In this document: positions 13,157 to 25,544 of the stretch, piece by piece
How the letters are laid out: every line of letters starts with the position of its first letter
Position numbering within the stretch: the first letter of the stretch is position 1
NCBI GenBank assembly: GCA_002269645.1
Contig: NIVC01003993.1
Location: 2,038 to 66,037 of the forward strand
Source of the DNA: Macrostomum lignano
Lineage: Eukaryota
Length of the DNA: 64,000 nt
Direction: 5' to 3'
Translations under genes and position numbers: made by a program
The notes under the pieces: generated by a model
The model's database searches: none
The model's input: the letters and a program-made list of their open reading frames with translations, nothing else
What the model was told of the DNA's origin: nothing

Positions 13157-16022
13157 TAAGTAAGTCAGCCAAAAGTTTCCGGAATTTTTTAGAATCGAAC
13201 TTTTAGTTAATTTTTGTCTATGGAAAAGCTTAAAAGCAGCAACCATCTACTATGCTGTTGGCCAGCCTTATCATCACTCTTTAGCTTAACATTGCTCAGT
13301 TTCCCAGACCCTGCCTACTTAAGCCAGCAAGTGCATCCAATGGAACTGCCAAGAACTGAATGGCGAGCAATTCTGCTCAACCACTTTCATGCGGGACGCA
13401 ACGCAGCAGAGGCACATCGCGAGTTGTTGCAGCTGATGGGCCCACATGCACCCTCCAAGTCGTCGGTGTACGACTGGTTCTCTTGCTTTGCTGAGGAGAA
13501 CTATGAGCTGAAGGACAAGCCGAGGTCAGGCCGACCCCCTGCTGCTGATGGCGATGCCGTTCTCCAAGCCCTTGAGGACAATCCGGACTACAGCGTGCGC
13601 AAGCTGTCAGCCGCTACTGGGGTGTCCTATGGCACGGTCCGGCGGAGCCTGCATGCTGCAGACAAGGTGCCGAAGAAGCCAACTCTGGTGCCCCATGAGC
13701 TGACACCTCAGCAGCTGAGACAACAACAACAACAACAGAGTACGCTGCCAGTTCACAAAAGCAGCGTCAGATGGCGCGCTTCAAAGCTTGGGCGCGAACA
13801 AAAGCCGCACCGCCGGCAGAGTCCGGGGCGCCGGCGTCAGCCAGCAGACAGTCGACGTAGCGCCGAGTCTTCGCCTGTCCCCGCCGGTAGGGTGCCTGCA
13901 ACGTAAGTAGCAGCACCTCCTGCACCGGCTCCGGACAGTAGGCCTCGGCGCGGATGACGTGGCCTGCCAGCTGGAGTCGCCGACGGCGCAGCAGATCGCT
14001 AGGACGGTCCAGGCCGGCGCGATGATAGAGCGCCGTGTTGGTGACTCGCTCGTTGCCGATCTTGAAGGCGGCGCGCAGCAGGCCAGCGTGCGCCGCGTCG
14101 ACTTGAGCCTCGAGCGAGTCTGTCAGAGTCCAGGTCTCGGCGTTGTATAACAGGACGGTCTCGATCACCGCCTGGAACAGCGCCGCCCTCTGGCGGTCCG
14201 GTAGGGCCTCGGACTGCAGGACTGACCTTATAGAACGAAAGGCAGCCCAAGCAAGTCCTCGGCGACGCCGCAGATCCTCGCGGACGTCGGGAACCAGACC
14301 GCCGAGGTAGACGAACTGCTGACATCTTGGAAGCTCACTCGCCTGTCCGTCAGCGCCTCGGCAGAAGATTGCAGCCTCGGTGTCGTCCGGCACGCATAGC
14401 ACGACGGTCTTCTGCGTGTTGACCACCAGGCCGACGCTCGCAGCAAAGGCAACCAGCCTATCCAGCTGTCGTTGGGCGCCCTCGACGGTCGAGGACAGCA
14501 GGGCGAGGTCATCGGCGTAGCCAAGCACGCTGAGCCGTCTCTCCGGTTGGCGTCGACCCACGCGTCGCCGCAGCAGGAAGCCGTCGTCGTTGGAAGGCAG
14601 AGCAGTCCATAGCACCCAGTCAAGCACCAGAATAAATAGGAACGGCGCTAGCGTATCTCCCTGGAGCACCCCGGAGGATGTCTCGAAGAAATCCGATAGG
14701 CCGTCCGGTGTTGAGACAGCAGCCGTCGTGCCGTGGTACAGCGCCATGACAGCAGAAATCAGCAGCTCTGGCACGTTGTACGCACGGAGCACCTCTGGGA
14801 GCGCGTCCCTCACGACCGAGTCGAAAGCCTTCCTGAAATCGACGAAGATCAGGATCAGGGTCAACTGGCGGATGCGCGCCTCCTCGATGACTCATCGAAG
14901 AGCCAGGATCTGCGTCACTGTGCCGCGATGGGGCCGGAATCCGTTCTGCTCAGGTCGCAGGTACGGGTCCAGCACAGGCTGTAACCGCGATAGCAGCATG
15001 CGGTTGAACAGCTTCGCGGCGCAGGACTGTAGGCAGATGCCTCGATGCTCCTCGAGCTTGGTGGTGCCCGGCTTCTTTGGAATGGCGACGATGTGCGCCG
15101 TGGTCCATTCGTTTGGCGCCACCTCACCGAAAAGCACGCGGTTCATCACTCTGGCGACCTCAGTGGCCACGCAGTGGATCCGCAGCGCCTCGGTGGGCAC
15201 CTCGTCCGGACCAAGCGCTTTGCCGCCCGGCGACTGCCGAGCGAACTTCACAACGTCGGCTGTGCTGACTGGGGCAACATTGAAGCAGCTTGCGAAGCAG
15301 CTGAGAGCCAGGGTGAATGTGGCAACTTCGAATCTTCGCCAGGCCGGTTCTCCAAACTTTCTCAAGTCGATAATCGCTCAAGACGAGCAGTGGGTCTGCT
15401 ATGAGAACCCAAGCACATCAGCCGTCTGGGTCGATGCTTCTGAAGAACCACCCAGCTGCCCAATGCGGAACCCCCACTGCGGCAAGGAGCTGCTCTTTTT
15501 CTGGTTCTGCTCGTCTGGCCCTGTTTTCTGGGAGGTCATCCCGCATGGCATGGCTGTGAACGCGGAGGTGATCTGCAGCGAACTGGAGCAGGTCGCCCGT
15601 TTGCTGCGATCCGTGTGCCCGGGACACCGCGACAAGGTGCTCCTCTTCGACAATGCGTGGCCTCACAAAGCAAGACTCACCCAGGCCAAGCTGGCAAGCC
15701 TGGGCTTCAGTGTTTTGCCCCACCCACCATACTCGCCAGACCTCTCGCCATGCGACTACCATGTGTTCAGGTCTCTCCAGAGCTTTTGTGATGGACAGCG
15801 GTTCGCCAACAAGCAACATGTGGAGCAGGCAGTGCAGAAATGGATTGATTCAAAGCCTGCGAGCTTCTGGAGGGAGGGGATTGAGGCATTGCCAGCAAGA
15901 TGGGAGAGGGTCAAGGCCTTGAATGGCAACTACATCACATCGCTGTAAACTGTTTGTTCTTGACACTATTTGTTATAGTTTTAAAATGTTCAAATTCCGG
16001 AAACTTTTGGCTCACCCTAATA
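13157..16022 (+). mobile_element. Mariner (DD34D) transposon interrupted by a LINE; transposase 13340-13720 + 15307-15948 (340 aa when rejoined)
   Basis: TIR core AGCCAAAAGTTTCCGGAATTT at 13167 and its inverse at ~15992, TA at both ends; HTH N-terminus, LVPHELT, QDEQW, DNA, YSPDLSPCD with 34 residues between the 2nd and 3rd Asp. Confidence 0.96.
13721..15295 (-). mobile_element. 5'-truncated RTE-clade non-LTR retrotransposon (RT domain, one in-frame TGA at ~14892)
   Basis: RT motifs KALGPDEV, QNGFRPHRGT, DFRKAFDSV, GVLQGDTLAP, YADD; (TTG)n 3' tail; 11-bp TSD AGCAGCTGAGA at 13710-13720 and 15296-15306. Confidence 0.95.
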
Positions 16023-16051
16023 AGTGCACGCATGCGCACCTAAACTTTAAG

Positions 16052-16220
16052 GATGATTCATGTTGCTATTTATGGCAGCAGAATGATTCATGTTGCTATT
16101 TATAGCAGCAGAATGATTCATGTTACTATTTACAGCAGCAGAATGAGTCATGTTACTATTTATAACCACACGATGAATCATGTTACCCCTTATAGCGCAA
16201 CACGTGAATCATGTTACTAT
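16052..16220. repeat. Short degenerate 30-bp tandem repeat (ATGATTCATGTTGCTATTTATAGCAGCAGA)
   Basis: About 5-6 diverging units. Confidence 0.85.
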
Positions 16221-16637
16221 TTTTGGCCCACAAAATCGTCTATAAATACAAGCGGTCCAAAGCGGTACCGGAGTCAACTCCCGACGACAGGAGAAGCTCC
16301 GAAGAGGTTGTCTTTAGGAAGACTCCCTAGCTCACCAGTCGAACGAAAGACTTGATCAAGTGTTGCGGTTAGCCTTTCTTATTTGCGCCAGTTGTTGTTG
16401 AGACGTCTCGCTCAAGTCTAGTGTGTCTTGAGTCTATTTGAGTCTGTTGAGACTCTTGAGTCTGTTTGGACTCCCTTGGCAGTAGTCGCCCCGAAGGACT
16501 ACCCTAGTAGATCTTAGAGGAGCTACTAGAGATATCCGGAGCATTACCTAGAGTGCATCGAGGCACTACTAGAAGAAGAAGGCTTAATTGATACCGCTAT
16601 TCGGCGCAGGGTACCCATTGTTGATACGAGGCCTCTG

Positions 16638-17163
16638 GGGGGTGTTTCTCGAAACTCACGTAAGTTCTATGGTAAGTTAGATCGTAAGAAAGAAGTTTAC
16701 GTGTAGCGTAAGTTTGCTCGTAAAACGCTTTCTCAAAACTCACTTAGACTTTGCGTGGCTTACGCTGTTCGTAAGTCGTATCTGAAACGAAAATTTGCAT
16801 GTCTATGGTCATAAATCTGTAAATATCTTTACTTAGTCTATCGTAAGTTGCTTTCGAGAAAGACCCACCTTCGATAAAGTTTAACTTGACTTGGCTTGAC
16901 TAAAGCTTCACGTACTATGCGATTAGTGCTTAAGTGCGTCTTACGACCCATACCGAGCAGTCGTAGGGTTAAGATCAACCTTACGAAAGACCATAGACAT
17001 ACGAACGTTTCGAGAAACAGTCTTTTGCGCAAAGTTACGAACTCGTAAAGTTGCGATCGATCTTACGCATAGCTAACTTGCGAGCCCTTCGAGCAACCCG
17101 TAAGTGTAGCTTCCCCAACTTACGTCTATGGTCGATCGTAAGTTGCTTTCGAGAAAGACCCCC
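16638..17163. mobile_element. Non-autonomous TIR element (PIF/Harbinger-like termini) rich in CGTAAG submotifs
   Basis: GGGGGTGTTTCTCGAAA at the left, TTTCGAGAAAGACCCCC at the right, and an extra internal copy of the right end at ~16850-16867. Confidence 0.65.
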
Positions 17164-17788
17164 TGATTGGTCCTGACTGCAGATACCGGCCGGAAGTAAC
17201 TTCATTGGAAATACAGTACAAGAAGCACCAGGACCAGAGAAGCGGATCCAAGACAGTGACCAGATCTACACAAGATCTACTGACGAGTTCCTAGCGAGAA
17301 CTACTCAAGAAATTCAAATCCGGATTGAAGGTAATTAACTACCTTCATTTGATTACTGGGTTGCCTAGCAAAGAGCTAGAAGTGATTGTTCCTTGATTAT
17401 CAAAGGACTGGTAGTAAAGAACACATCAAAGAGTCAGTGGAGTTGGCCGGATTGCGTCAGCACTCACAGCCTTCGATTTATTGATTTTATTGATTTATTT
17501 TTAGACCATATAAAACAAAAGACTGTCTGAATCACTCATTTTAGTGAGCGCTGAAATGGAGGATATTTCACTCATTACAGAAGTCTTTTTCAACAGGGCC
17601 TCTTGTGTACTCGCTAACATACGGTAAGAGAAGCAGAATTTCCAGCCAATAGAAAGCAGCAAAATTTACTGGCTAACGGGAGGCTAAACAACGCATTACA
17701 ATATATATAGCTAACTGTAAGCACCATGACAAATTCTAATAGACTGCAAGCTACTGTCGCTCGGAAATTGCTAACTCTTTTCCAGGCA

Positions 17789-18846
17789 ATGCCTCCAGGT
17801 AAAAGATAAAACTTCTTAACTGCACAGGGGCCCTTTTTAATCTACAGAAAGTATCAATTATCATTTTAGAAAATTGGATTTTCCTTGTCCTACAACTGCT
17901 GGGTTTTCTGACTGTCTGCCAGTGCAGGTCCGGAGACACCTGGACTCAGGTGCAGGTGCAGTGCCTGTCTGAGGCCGCCGCGATTTACCGAGCGCAGGCG
18001 AGCAGCGATGTGCACTGCTCTGTGATCGCGTCCAGCAAGCAGAAAGTCGGAATCATTTTGGCCCAGTTCGAGCCGGCCTCTCTCCGCTGCAGTCTCTTCC
18101 GCTACCAGTCCGTGTGTCGCGACCTTGTCTCTGGCGGTGCGAGCAGCGACTGCCGAGTGCTCATCCGATTTCCGATCAAATATCCGGCTCAGCTCAACCC
18201 GAAGCTCACAAACGTGTGGCTCGGAGACGACATGTCTGCATTTGAGAATGTCGTGTGCCAGGCTGACGAAGAAACCAACCGAATTTATCCGGTCGGAGTC
18301 CAGTGGACAGAGGAGGGCGCCGCGTTCGATGGGAGCAGCTCGTTTCTGGCCATGAACAAGAGCGACATCGGGTTCGGCACAGGCGTCACGGTGCTGCTCA
18401 GGATGAAGCGGCAGCCGCAGGTGCAGCCGCTGTTTGAGTTCCTGGACTGCGCCAACTTTGCCACAGGACCTTACTACCACCACATCTGGGAGTATTCCTC
18501 AGTATCAAGGTTCTATGTCCTCTTCTACGATACTAATTCAGTACGTAACAGAATCATGTCGTCAGCCCTTCTTACCGCGAACGCCGGCGAGTGGATTGAC
18601 CTCGGATTCACGTCGACACCGACAACGGACTCTTATGGAATGTTTGTGAACGCCTCCTTCTTGCCGATGTCTGCCATCGATTTTCATACTGTAACTGCTT
18701 CTATTTCGGTGTCAAAGTTCTGCTTTCGGTTCGGCAAGCGGTACAATCATGCCACCCTATTCAAGGGCTCGGTCAAGGCCATCGCAATCGGCAACAGCTT
18801 CATGAACGAAACCGAGATTCGAGACTTCTTTGCCGCCCTGCCGTGA
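17789..18846 (+). CDS. Secreted protein, Cys-rich PAN-like N-domain + concanavalin-A/LamG-like domain, paralog 1 (exons 17789-17798, 17870-18846)
   Basis: ATG CCT CCA G|gt..ag|AA restores the signal peptide MPPENWIFLVLQLLGFLTVCQC; LamG-type motifs FDGSSSFL, GEWIDLGFT, MFVNA, FRFG, FKGSVKAIAI. Confidence 0.82.
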
Positions 18847-19779
18847 GGAGCAGCTCAGCAACTGGTGGACTCGCTGCAGTTTAAACTGTGAACTCACGAC
18901 GATTTTTAGGTTTCTAAGCTTACACTTAGGTCAATAGGTGTTACCTTTTTGCGTCTTAATTCATCTGATTTGTGCAGGAATAAATTTCTTAAGCAGTGTT
19001 TGAATTTCTTTAGAATTTTTCCTGTCGCTGTCTCTGATTTCTTTACTCCATTTATGGATATTTACAGACATGACGTGCAAATTGTTTTTCGGCTAAAGCA
19101 GTGACACCTAAAGTTTCTGTAGTTTAGGATTTAAATATTTGTAAAGATTCGATTAAAATTTTCTCTAAATGTTTTGGTTCCCTTCACAGTCGAAGTCTAT
19201 ACTGTTTTACTTCAAAATTATTATTAGGTAATCTAGGCGTCCTTTGTCATATCATATCCATATCAGATTCTGTTCGAATGTTTATTAAGAAAGAAAGTGC
19301 TTTACTCTTTCAAAGCTGTTTCTAACTCTTAATCAGAGTTATACTTTAAAATTTTATTGCGATTAGATAGCAAATTTAATATAGAAATGTACGTAAGTAT
19401 TTTAGTATTTTTCAAGATATTTTTTAACAACGTTCCATAACAATAGTCTTGCTTATTTACCAAATTAAGGAATACGAGCTATCAGATTAGGACAAAGACA
19501 ATGAGAATTTGGATAGGTACAGAGAGTTACCCTAGCTTACCAAACCATGCAGATTTCTGGAAGCCGGCTCCGATTCAAATTTGAAAATAATATCCTGATA
19601 CAAACTGGAAGACCGCCGCCACTTCTTCATGAACACTGGCTTGCTAGCGCGTCGCTTATCGCATATCGCATATCGAGGTATCGCATATCTCCGTCGAAAT
19701 CTATCGACACCAGCGAAATGTATCGGCCGCTCAACGCCGTCTTGGATCTGGGAGGAATTCGTCGCTGGTGTCGCTGATG

Positions 19780-21110
19780 ACGATCGCGTCCGCGCTCAAT
19801 CAAAGTGCGCCAGGCTTGGTGGATTGACGTTTGCCTCCTTCAACGCCTGGAACGCTCGCTCGCTCGCTCGCATTCGGCTGTCTAATTTGAACTCGGCGTC
19901 CCTCATGAGCAGAAGCCTCTGAGGCGCCGTGACTTCGGCAAAGTTGGGCACGGACCGCATCAGGTAGTTGGAGGATCCCAGAAACGCCTGCAGTTCATTC
20001 TTTTTTGCCTGTGCGTGCAGCTCCTTGAAGGCCTTAGTTTGAGACACTGACAGTCGCATGCCGTCAGCCGAAAATACAAAGCCGAAGAACTCGATCTCGG
20101 TCCTCCGCAGCTGGCATTTGTCCATTGTTGGCCTTCAGGCCGACTTCTTCCAGTCGCTTCAACAGAGCGCAGAGCATTGAGTCGTGCTCGGCCTCCATTG
20201 CTCCGTAGAAGATAAAGTCATCCAAGATGTGCTCCACTCCGGGCAGGCCGGCTACCAGGTGGCTCAGCATCCTTCTAAGGCCGCTGGCGCTGACGCTAGG
20301 CCGAACGGCACTCGGAAGAATCGGTAAGCGCTAGGCCGAACGGCACTTGGAAGAGTCGGTAAGCGCTAGGCCGAACGGCACCCGGAAGAATCGGTAAGCG
20401 CTGGGCCGAACGGCACTCGGAAGAATCGGTAAACGCTAGGCCGAACGGCACTTGGAAGAGTCGGTAAGCGCTAGGCCGAACGGCACCCGGAAGAATCGGT
20501 AAGCGCTGGGCCGAACGGCACCCGGAAGAATCGGTACAAGCTCTAGTGTGTTATGAATGTCCTCAGTTCATGCGATGACTCGTGGAGCTGCATCTGCATG
20601 TAGCCCGTCTTGTGGTCGATCTTGGAGAACACCTGACCGCCGGCTGTCTTGCTCATCACCGAGCATATCTTGTCCAGCTGAGGCATCGGGTGCCGGTCGA
20701 TTACGAGCGACTTGTTCAGCTCGCGAACGTCGATTCAGACTCAAATCTAGCCGTCCTTCTAGTTAGCGACCAACAAATTAGAAATCCAAAGGCTGGAGTT
20801 CACTCGCTCGATGATGCCTACTACTTTCATACGGTGCAGCTCTTCACCGACTTGTTGCTGCTTTGCCAGAGGCAAGTGGCACAGTGGCTGCTGTACTAGC
20901 GGCACCGCCGCGTTGATCTTCGGTTGGTGTACCGCTCCTTTGCCCGATTGAGCCACTGAAGACCGCTGGGTACTCCTTTGCGATATCGATGCTGGCAAAT
21001 GAGGTGCAAATGACGAGTGAAGCATTCTGTGTAGAGAAGTTTAAGTGATTGACTTGAATTAGCAGCAATTGACTTCTTCAACTGGAACAGATTCTTTGAA
21101 ACGAGGCAAA
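19780..21110 (-). mobile_element. Degenerate Ty3/gypsy-type LTR retrotransposon pol fragment (RT, RNase H linker)
   Basis: EELHRMKVVGIIERV, YRFFRVPFGLAS, ILDDFIFYG, KCQ...EIEFFGFVFS, LQAFLGSSNY; fragmented by stops and frameshifts; no LTR seen. Confidence 0.85.
20295..20536 (-). repeat. Seven 35-bp tandem copies of the RT segment encoding YRFFRVPFGLA
   Basis: Unit GCTAGGCCGAACGGCACTCGGAAGAATCGGTAAGC. Confidence 0.93.
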
Positions 21111-21189
21111 AGAACCGAAGAAAAATTTGCTGCTCACATAACTTTTGAGTCAGCCGTCAAGACTGGCAGCATCTCTCTACTCAGAAAGT

Positions 21190-22040
21190 CATACTTAATT
21201 ACTTACTTCTGACGGGGGCAGGACGCCGCGATTAGGCCGTGAGGCCCCTATCGCAACCCCCAGCTAAAAACAGAAAGGCGTTAGCCTTGGGGCTGCGCCC
21301 ACCCCTCGCCAGCAGCAGAAGAGCTCGCGAGGGTGGCGTCCGCGATCTTCATCCGTCCAGAGTCCCATAGGTCCCGGATCCGGTCAGAAGTGGTGAGCTC
21401 GTCCAGCCCTAGCGGGCGACCGAGGTGACGTCTCCGCGCCTCGTTGAAGCGCGGGCAGAAAGTGAAGTGGTGCTTCGAGGTTTCCTCCTCTAAATCACAG
21501 AAGGGGCAGATAGGGGAGCAACCACTTTGTAGTGAAATATGTCTCTGGAAGAAGCCATGGCCAGTAATGACACTCCCTGAGGTCAGTTTTACTTAAGGAG
21601 ATTAGATATTCGAATACTTTCCGGTTTATGGCAGGCATTGCCGTTCGTGTTTGCCGATATTCGGAGCAGCTGTTCCAGTGCATCGGTGTTGGTGGTTCAG
21701 CCATTCTGAATGGCGCGGTTGACTGATGACTTCGGAGAAGGTAACTTGACCGAACGTTGCGCTCCATCCGGGATACTACCCCGTTTGGCGAGTTGATCCA
21801 CTAGCTCGTTGCCGAGGATGTTGCTATGTCCTGTTGTCCAGATCACATTGATCCTGTTGAGAATCGCCATGGTCTGCAAGCTTTTGAAGCAGTCTGAAAC
21901 TGACTTGGTTGAGAGCTTGATGGAAGACAAGGCCTTAATAGCGGCCTGGCTGTCAGAGTAAAAATTATGTCCAAGCTGCTGATAATATGAAAATAATACG
22001 CAATCTTGAGAAGATTCAAGTAAAAACCATGTTGACAATT
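21190..22040 (-). mobile_element. Degenerate 3' fragment of an RNase H-bearing LINE (same type as 32765-38679)
   Basis: [36 protein letters not shown]...HH...CP, and a (TAAG)-like tail. Confidence 0.85.
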
Positions 22041-22674
22041 ACATCAGAGACATTTAACTTTATCTTTCGAAGATGGATTCTTCATCAGAACTCTGCGTGG
22101 AATTTTTACTCCTACTTTTTCTATCTCTCCATAGCCACTTCTTCCAGCAGCGAATAATTTAGTGGAAAACCTTAGAACTCAACTTCTTTGCAGTGTCTGC
22201 AAATCCTATATAAAATTCAAGCGAAGTGGTAGATGAGAGCCCACTACAAGCGGCTGCAGTCACGCAACTGAGACGCCAGCATCAGCAGATAGGCTTGCTG
22301 TGTCTCATTAACGGTTTTCATATCTGCCAAGAGGCAGCTTCACTTGCCATGGATGGGCCGTGGCTGCATTAGCTATTCTATCCGATAGTTGATTGGCAAA
22401 CAATTTTTACAAACGCTAAAAGCAGTCTTGAAGCAGAGTCTCAGCCATCTCAGTTTCGCTTTTCACCTGCCGCTGAAGAAGTTTTTCAGAGTTTTGGGGA
22501 CATTGGCAGCCTCATTAAAAATGCAGCCAGCAGATGAAGCGTAGTGGCAAGCAAAATATTGTTTAAGCTGACATAGGAAGCCCAAAGCAACGGGAAGAAA
22601 TTTTGTAAATAGGCACCACACAATATTTTTACATGAAAGCATCTACCTATACTGGACACCGATTAGGATTCAAA

Positions 22675-23736
22675 ATGTCTGCAGGTAAGACGTAATCGCA
22701 ATCATTCTGTTATCTTGCTAATATTTGATTAAAAAGTGCGATTTTACCGCCAGCTTCAGTTTTTTTTCTGCTGGCGGCATCTACGCTGATGGCTCTAACG
22801 CCTGCCTGCCAGTGCAGGTCCGGAAACACCTGGGCTCAGGTGCAGGTGAGGTGCCTGTCCGAGGCCGCCGCGATTTACCGAGCGCAGGCGAGCAGCGATG
22901 TGCACTGCTCTGTGATCGCGTCCAGCAAGCAGAAAGTCGGAATCATTTTGGCCCAGTTCGAGCCGGCCTCTCTCCGCTGCAGTCTCTTCCGCTACCAGTC
23001 CGTGTGTCGCGACCTTGTCTCTGGCGGTGCGAGCAGCGACTGCCGAGTGCTCATCCGATTTCCGATCAAATATCCGGCTCAGCTCAACCCGAAGCTCACA
23101 AACGTGTGGCTCGGAGACGACATGTCTGCATTTGAGAATGTCGTGTGCCAGGCTGACGAAGAGACCAACCGAATTTATCCGGTCGGAGTCCAGTGGACAG
23201 AGGAGGGCGCCGCGTTCGATGGGAGCAGCTCGTTTCTGGCCATGAACAAGAGCAACATCGGGTTCGACACAGGCGTCACGGTGCTGCTCAGGATTAAGCG
23301 ACAGCCGCAGGTGCAGCCGCTGTTTGAATTCCTGGACTGCGCCAACTTTGCCACAGGACCTTTCTACCACCACATCTGGGAGTATTCCTCAGTATCAAGG
23401 TTCTATGTCGTCTTCTACGATACTAATTCAGTACGTATCAGAATCATGTCGTCAGCCCTTCTCACCGCGAACGCCAGCGAGTGGATCGACCTCGGATTCA
23501 CGTCGACACCGACAACGGACTCTTATGGAATGTTTGTGAACGCCTCCTTCTTGCCGATGTCTGCCATCGATTTTTATACTGTAACTGCTTATATTTCGTT
23601 GTCGAAGTTCTGCTTTCGATTCGGCAAGCGGTACAATCATGCCACCCTGTTCAAGGGCTCGGTCAGGGCCATTGCAATCGGCAGCAGCTTCATGAACGAA
23701 ACCGAGATTCGAGACTTCTTTGCCGCCCTGCCGTGA
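22675..23736 (+). CDS. Secreted PAN-like/LamG protein, paralog 2 (exons 22675-22684, 22760-23736)
   Basis: ATG TCT GCA G|gtaag..cag|TT gives MSAVFFLLAASTLMALTPACQC; mature region nearly identical to paralog 1. Confidence 0.85.
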
Positions 23737-24844
23737 GGAGCAGCTCAGCAACTGGTGGACTCGCTACAGTTTAAACTGTGAACTCACGTCGGTTTTTAGG
23801 TTTCTATTTTTAGTATATAGGATAAGCTTACACTTAGGTCAGAGGGTGTTACCTTCTTGTGTTCTAATCTGGCAGAAATGCGAGCGTAATTGTCCTAATT
23901 CGTCTTTTGATTTCTACTTGATGTTTCTACTTTCTCGGACCCAACATACAGAATACACAGTGTAATACAACAACAAGGAAACTTATCCCGCCATCTACTC
24001 AGTGGAATGCTTGGCGGTAGCGTATGCATGTACATCTGTATTATTTGTCATTTATTTTTAGCTTCGGCAGGTATTCCTCCCCTTCTTGAATAGCCCGCAA
24101 AAGATACAAGTGATTGTTGTAGCTTTGTTGTAGCCCTTATAGCGGAATGAGCAGAATTGCAGATCAAAGCGCATGGTTGAGGGACGATGTCGCTGAAGGT
24201 TGTCTGCAGCTCTCTTGTGAATATTATTTTATTGCGATATCAAGCGGCACATAAAAAACAGTTTTTGAATATACATATTAACTGGAAGCTTTGACTGCCC
24301 TATGATGAAAAGAGTTTAAGTTAGCAAAATGGAGTTAATTCTATAGGTCCGACACAGATTGCAGGCTCAGCCATTCATGCCCACAAACAGCATTAGAAGT
24401 TGCAGTAGTACGATATGGTACCCTTAATTCTGCATATGGAAATTACGTTGCTATCATGAAAATTAATGTGCAAATGATTGCTCAAGTTAGCCTGACATAA
24501 TGTCTTTCTGAATTCTGAGAAATTACCTCGCAAGACGCTACGCACTCGAATTCGTGCAAATGTTCGATGTGGTCTGGTTTTCGCTATGCATTACGTTAGC
24601 GAGATAAGAAGTTTTGAGTTTTTTACTTTAAGTTCACAATGATAGATTATTCAGAGGAAAGGCTTTTTACACAACTGCCATAGCGTCGAGGCCGGTAGGC
24701 CGGTAGGCTGGGACGCGGTATGGCAGTTGTGTGTAAGGCATGACCTCTGAATAGTGTTATGTGTATAATTTCAGAAGGAAACATTACCAAAATAGCTTAT
24801 GACACAATTCCTTGATACAGAATTGTTCACTAAGCAACTGTAAG

Positions 24845-25246
24845 TATTGGTTTTGTCAGCCTAACTGAGAATAAAGCCATCCAAAGTGAGAATCCTGCCT
24901 ACGCTGAATACGAAGGGCCTAGCTGCGTCCAGGCTAGTCTATGAGCCATATGAGTCTAGGATTTTAACTCTTCACTTTACTGTACTGTATCATCCAGTGT
25001 GTTCCTGTTTCCGTTATTCCGTTCAAGCTATTGGCTAGTCATATGGCTCAGAAGGTATAAAAATAAAAGAATACGACGCATAGACCAATCGATTCTCACA
25101 TTGGATGGCTTTTTATCACTTTGCTTGTCCTTTATTGTCTATGGCCCATAGACTAAGGCTGCACGCAGCCAGGCCCTTCGCAGTCAGCGTAGGCAGGATT
25201 CTCACTTTGGATGGCTTTATTCTCAGTTAGGCTGACAAAACCAATA
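24845..25246. mobile_element. MITE/foldback element with perfect 63-bp terminal inverted repeats
   Basis: 24845-24907 is the exact reverse complement of 25184-25246; TA at the outer ends; contains the palindrome GTCTATGG-C-CCATAGAC at 25137-25153. Confidence 0.88.
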
Positions 25247-25544
25247 TTTGTGTAATACGCAATTTGCATTGAATAGTACCATAGACCATAGAATAGTACC
25301 ATAGAATAAAAATACCATAGACATAGGAAAACAAGTGCAAAGCTTATAAGTCTGTAAGAGCAGTTAAGGGAGCGTAAACACCAGTATCGTCTTTTTGAGT
25401 TCATTTAATGGTAAGAATATATTTAAATATATCATGATTAACTGGGCAAACCTTCCGATTGCTTATGTTATAAGTAGCTCCGAGGTCAGTTTTTTCAGCA
25501 ATCTTAGCACGATAGGACGAAATGAAGCCAACGATGACCAACTG

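Noticed and set aside
14590-15948. 452-aa ORF as a novel fusion protein
   Set aside because: It is the antisense of the RTE RT running into the mariner C-terminal half; an artefact of the insertion.
17890-18483. Antisense ORFs over the lectin genes and LINE ORFs
   Set aside because: These are expected shadows of GC-rich coding sequence with no independent evidence.
22030-22090. Hammerhead-like CTGATGA...GAAA on the minus strand
   Set aside because: The stem II closing pair is an A-C mismatch and no stems I/III with a cleavage triplet can be formed.
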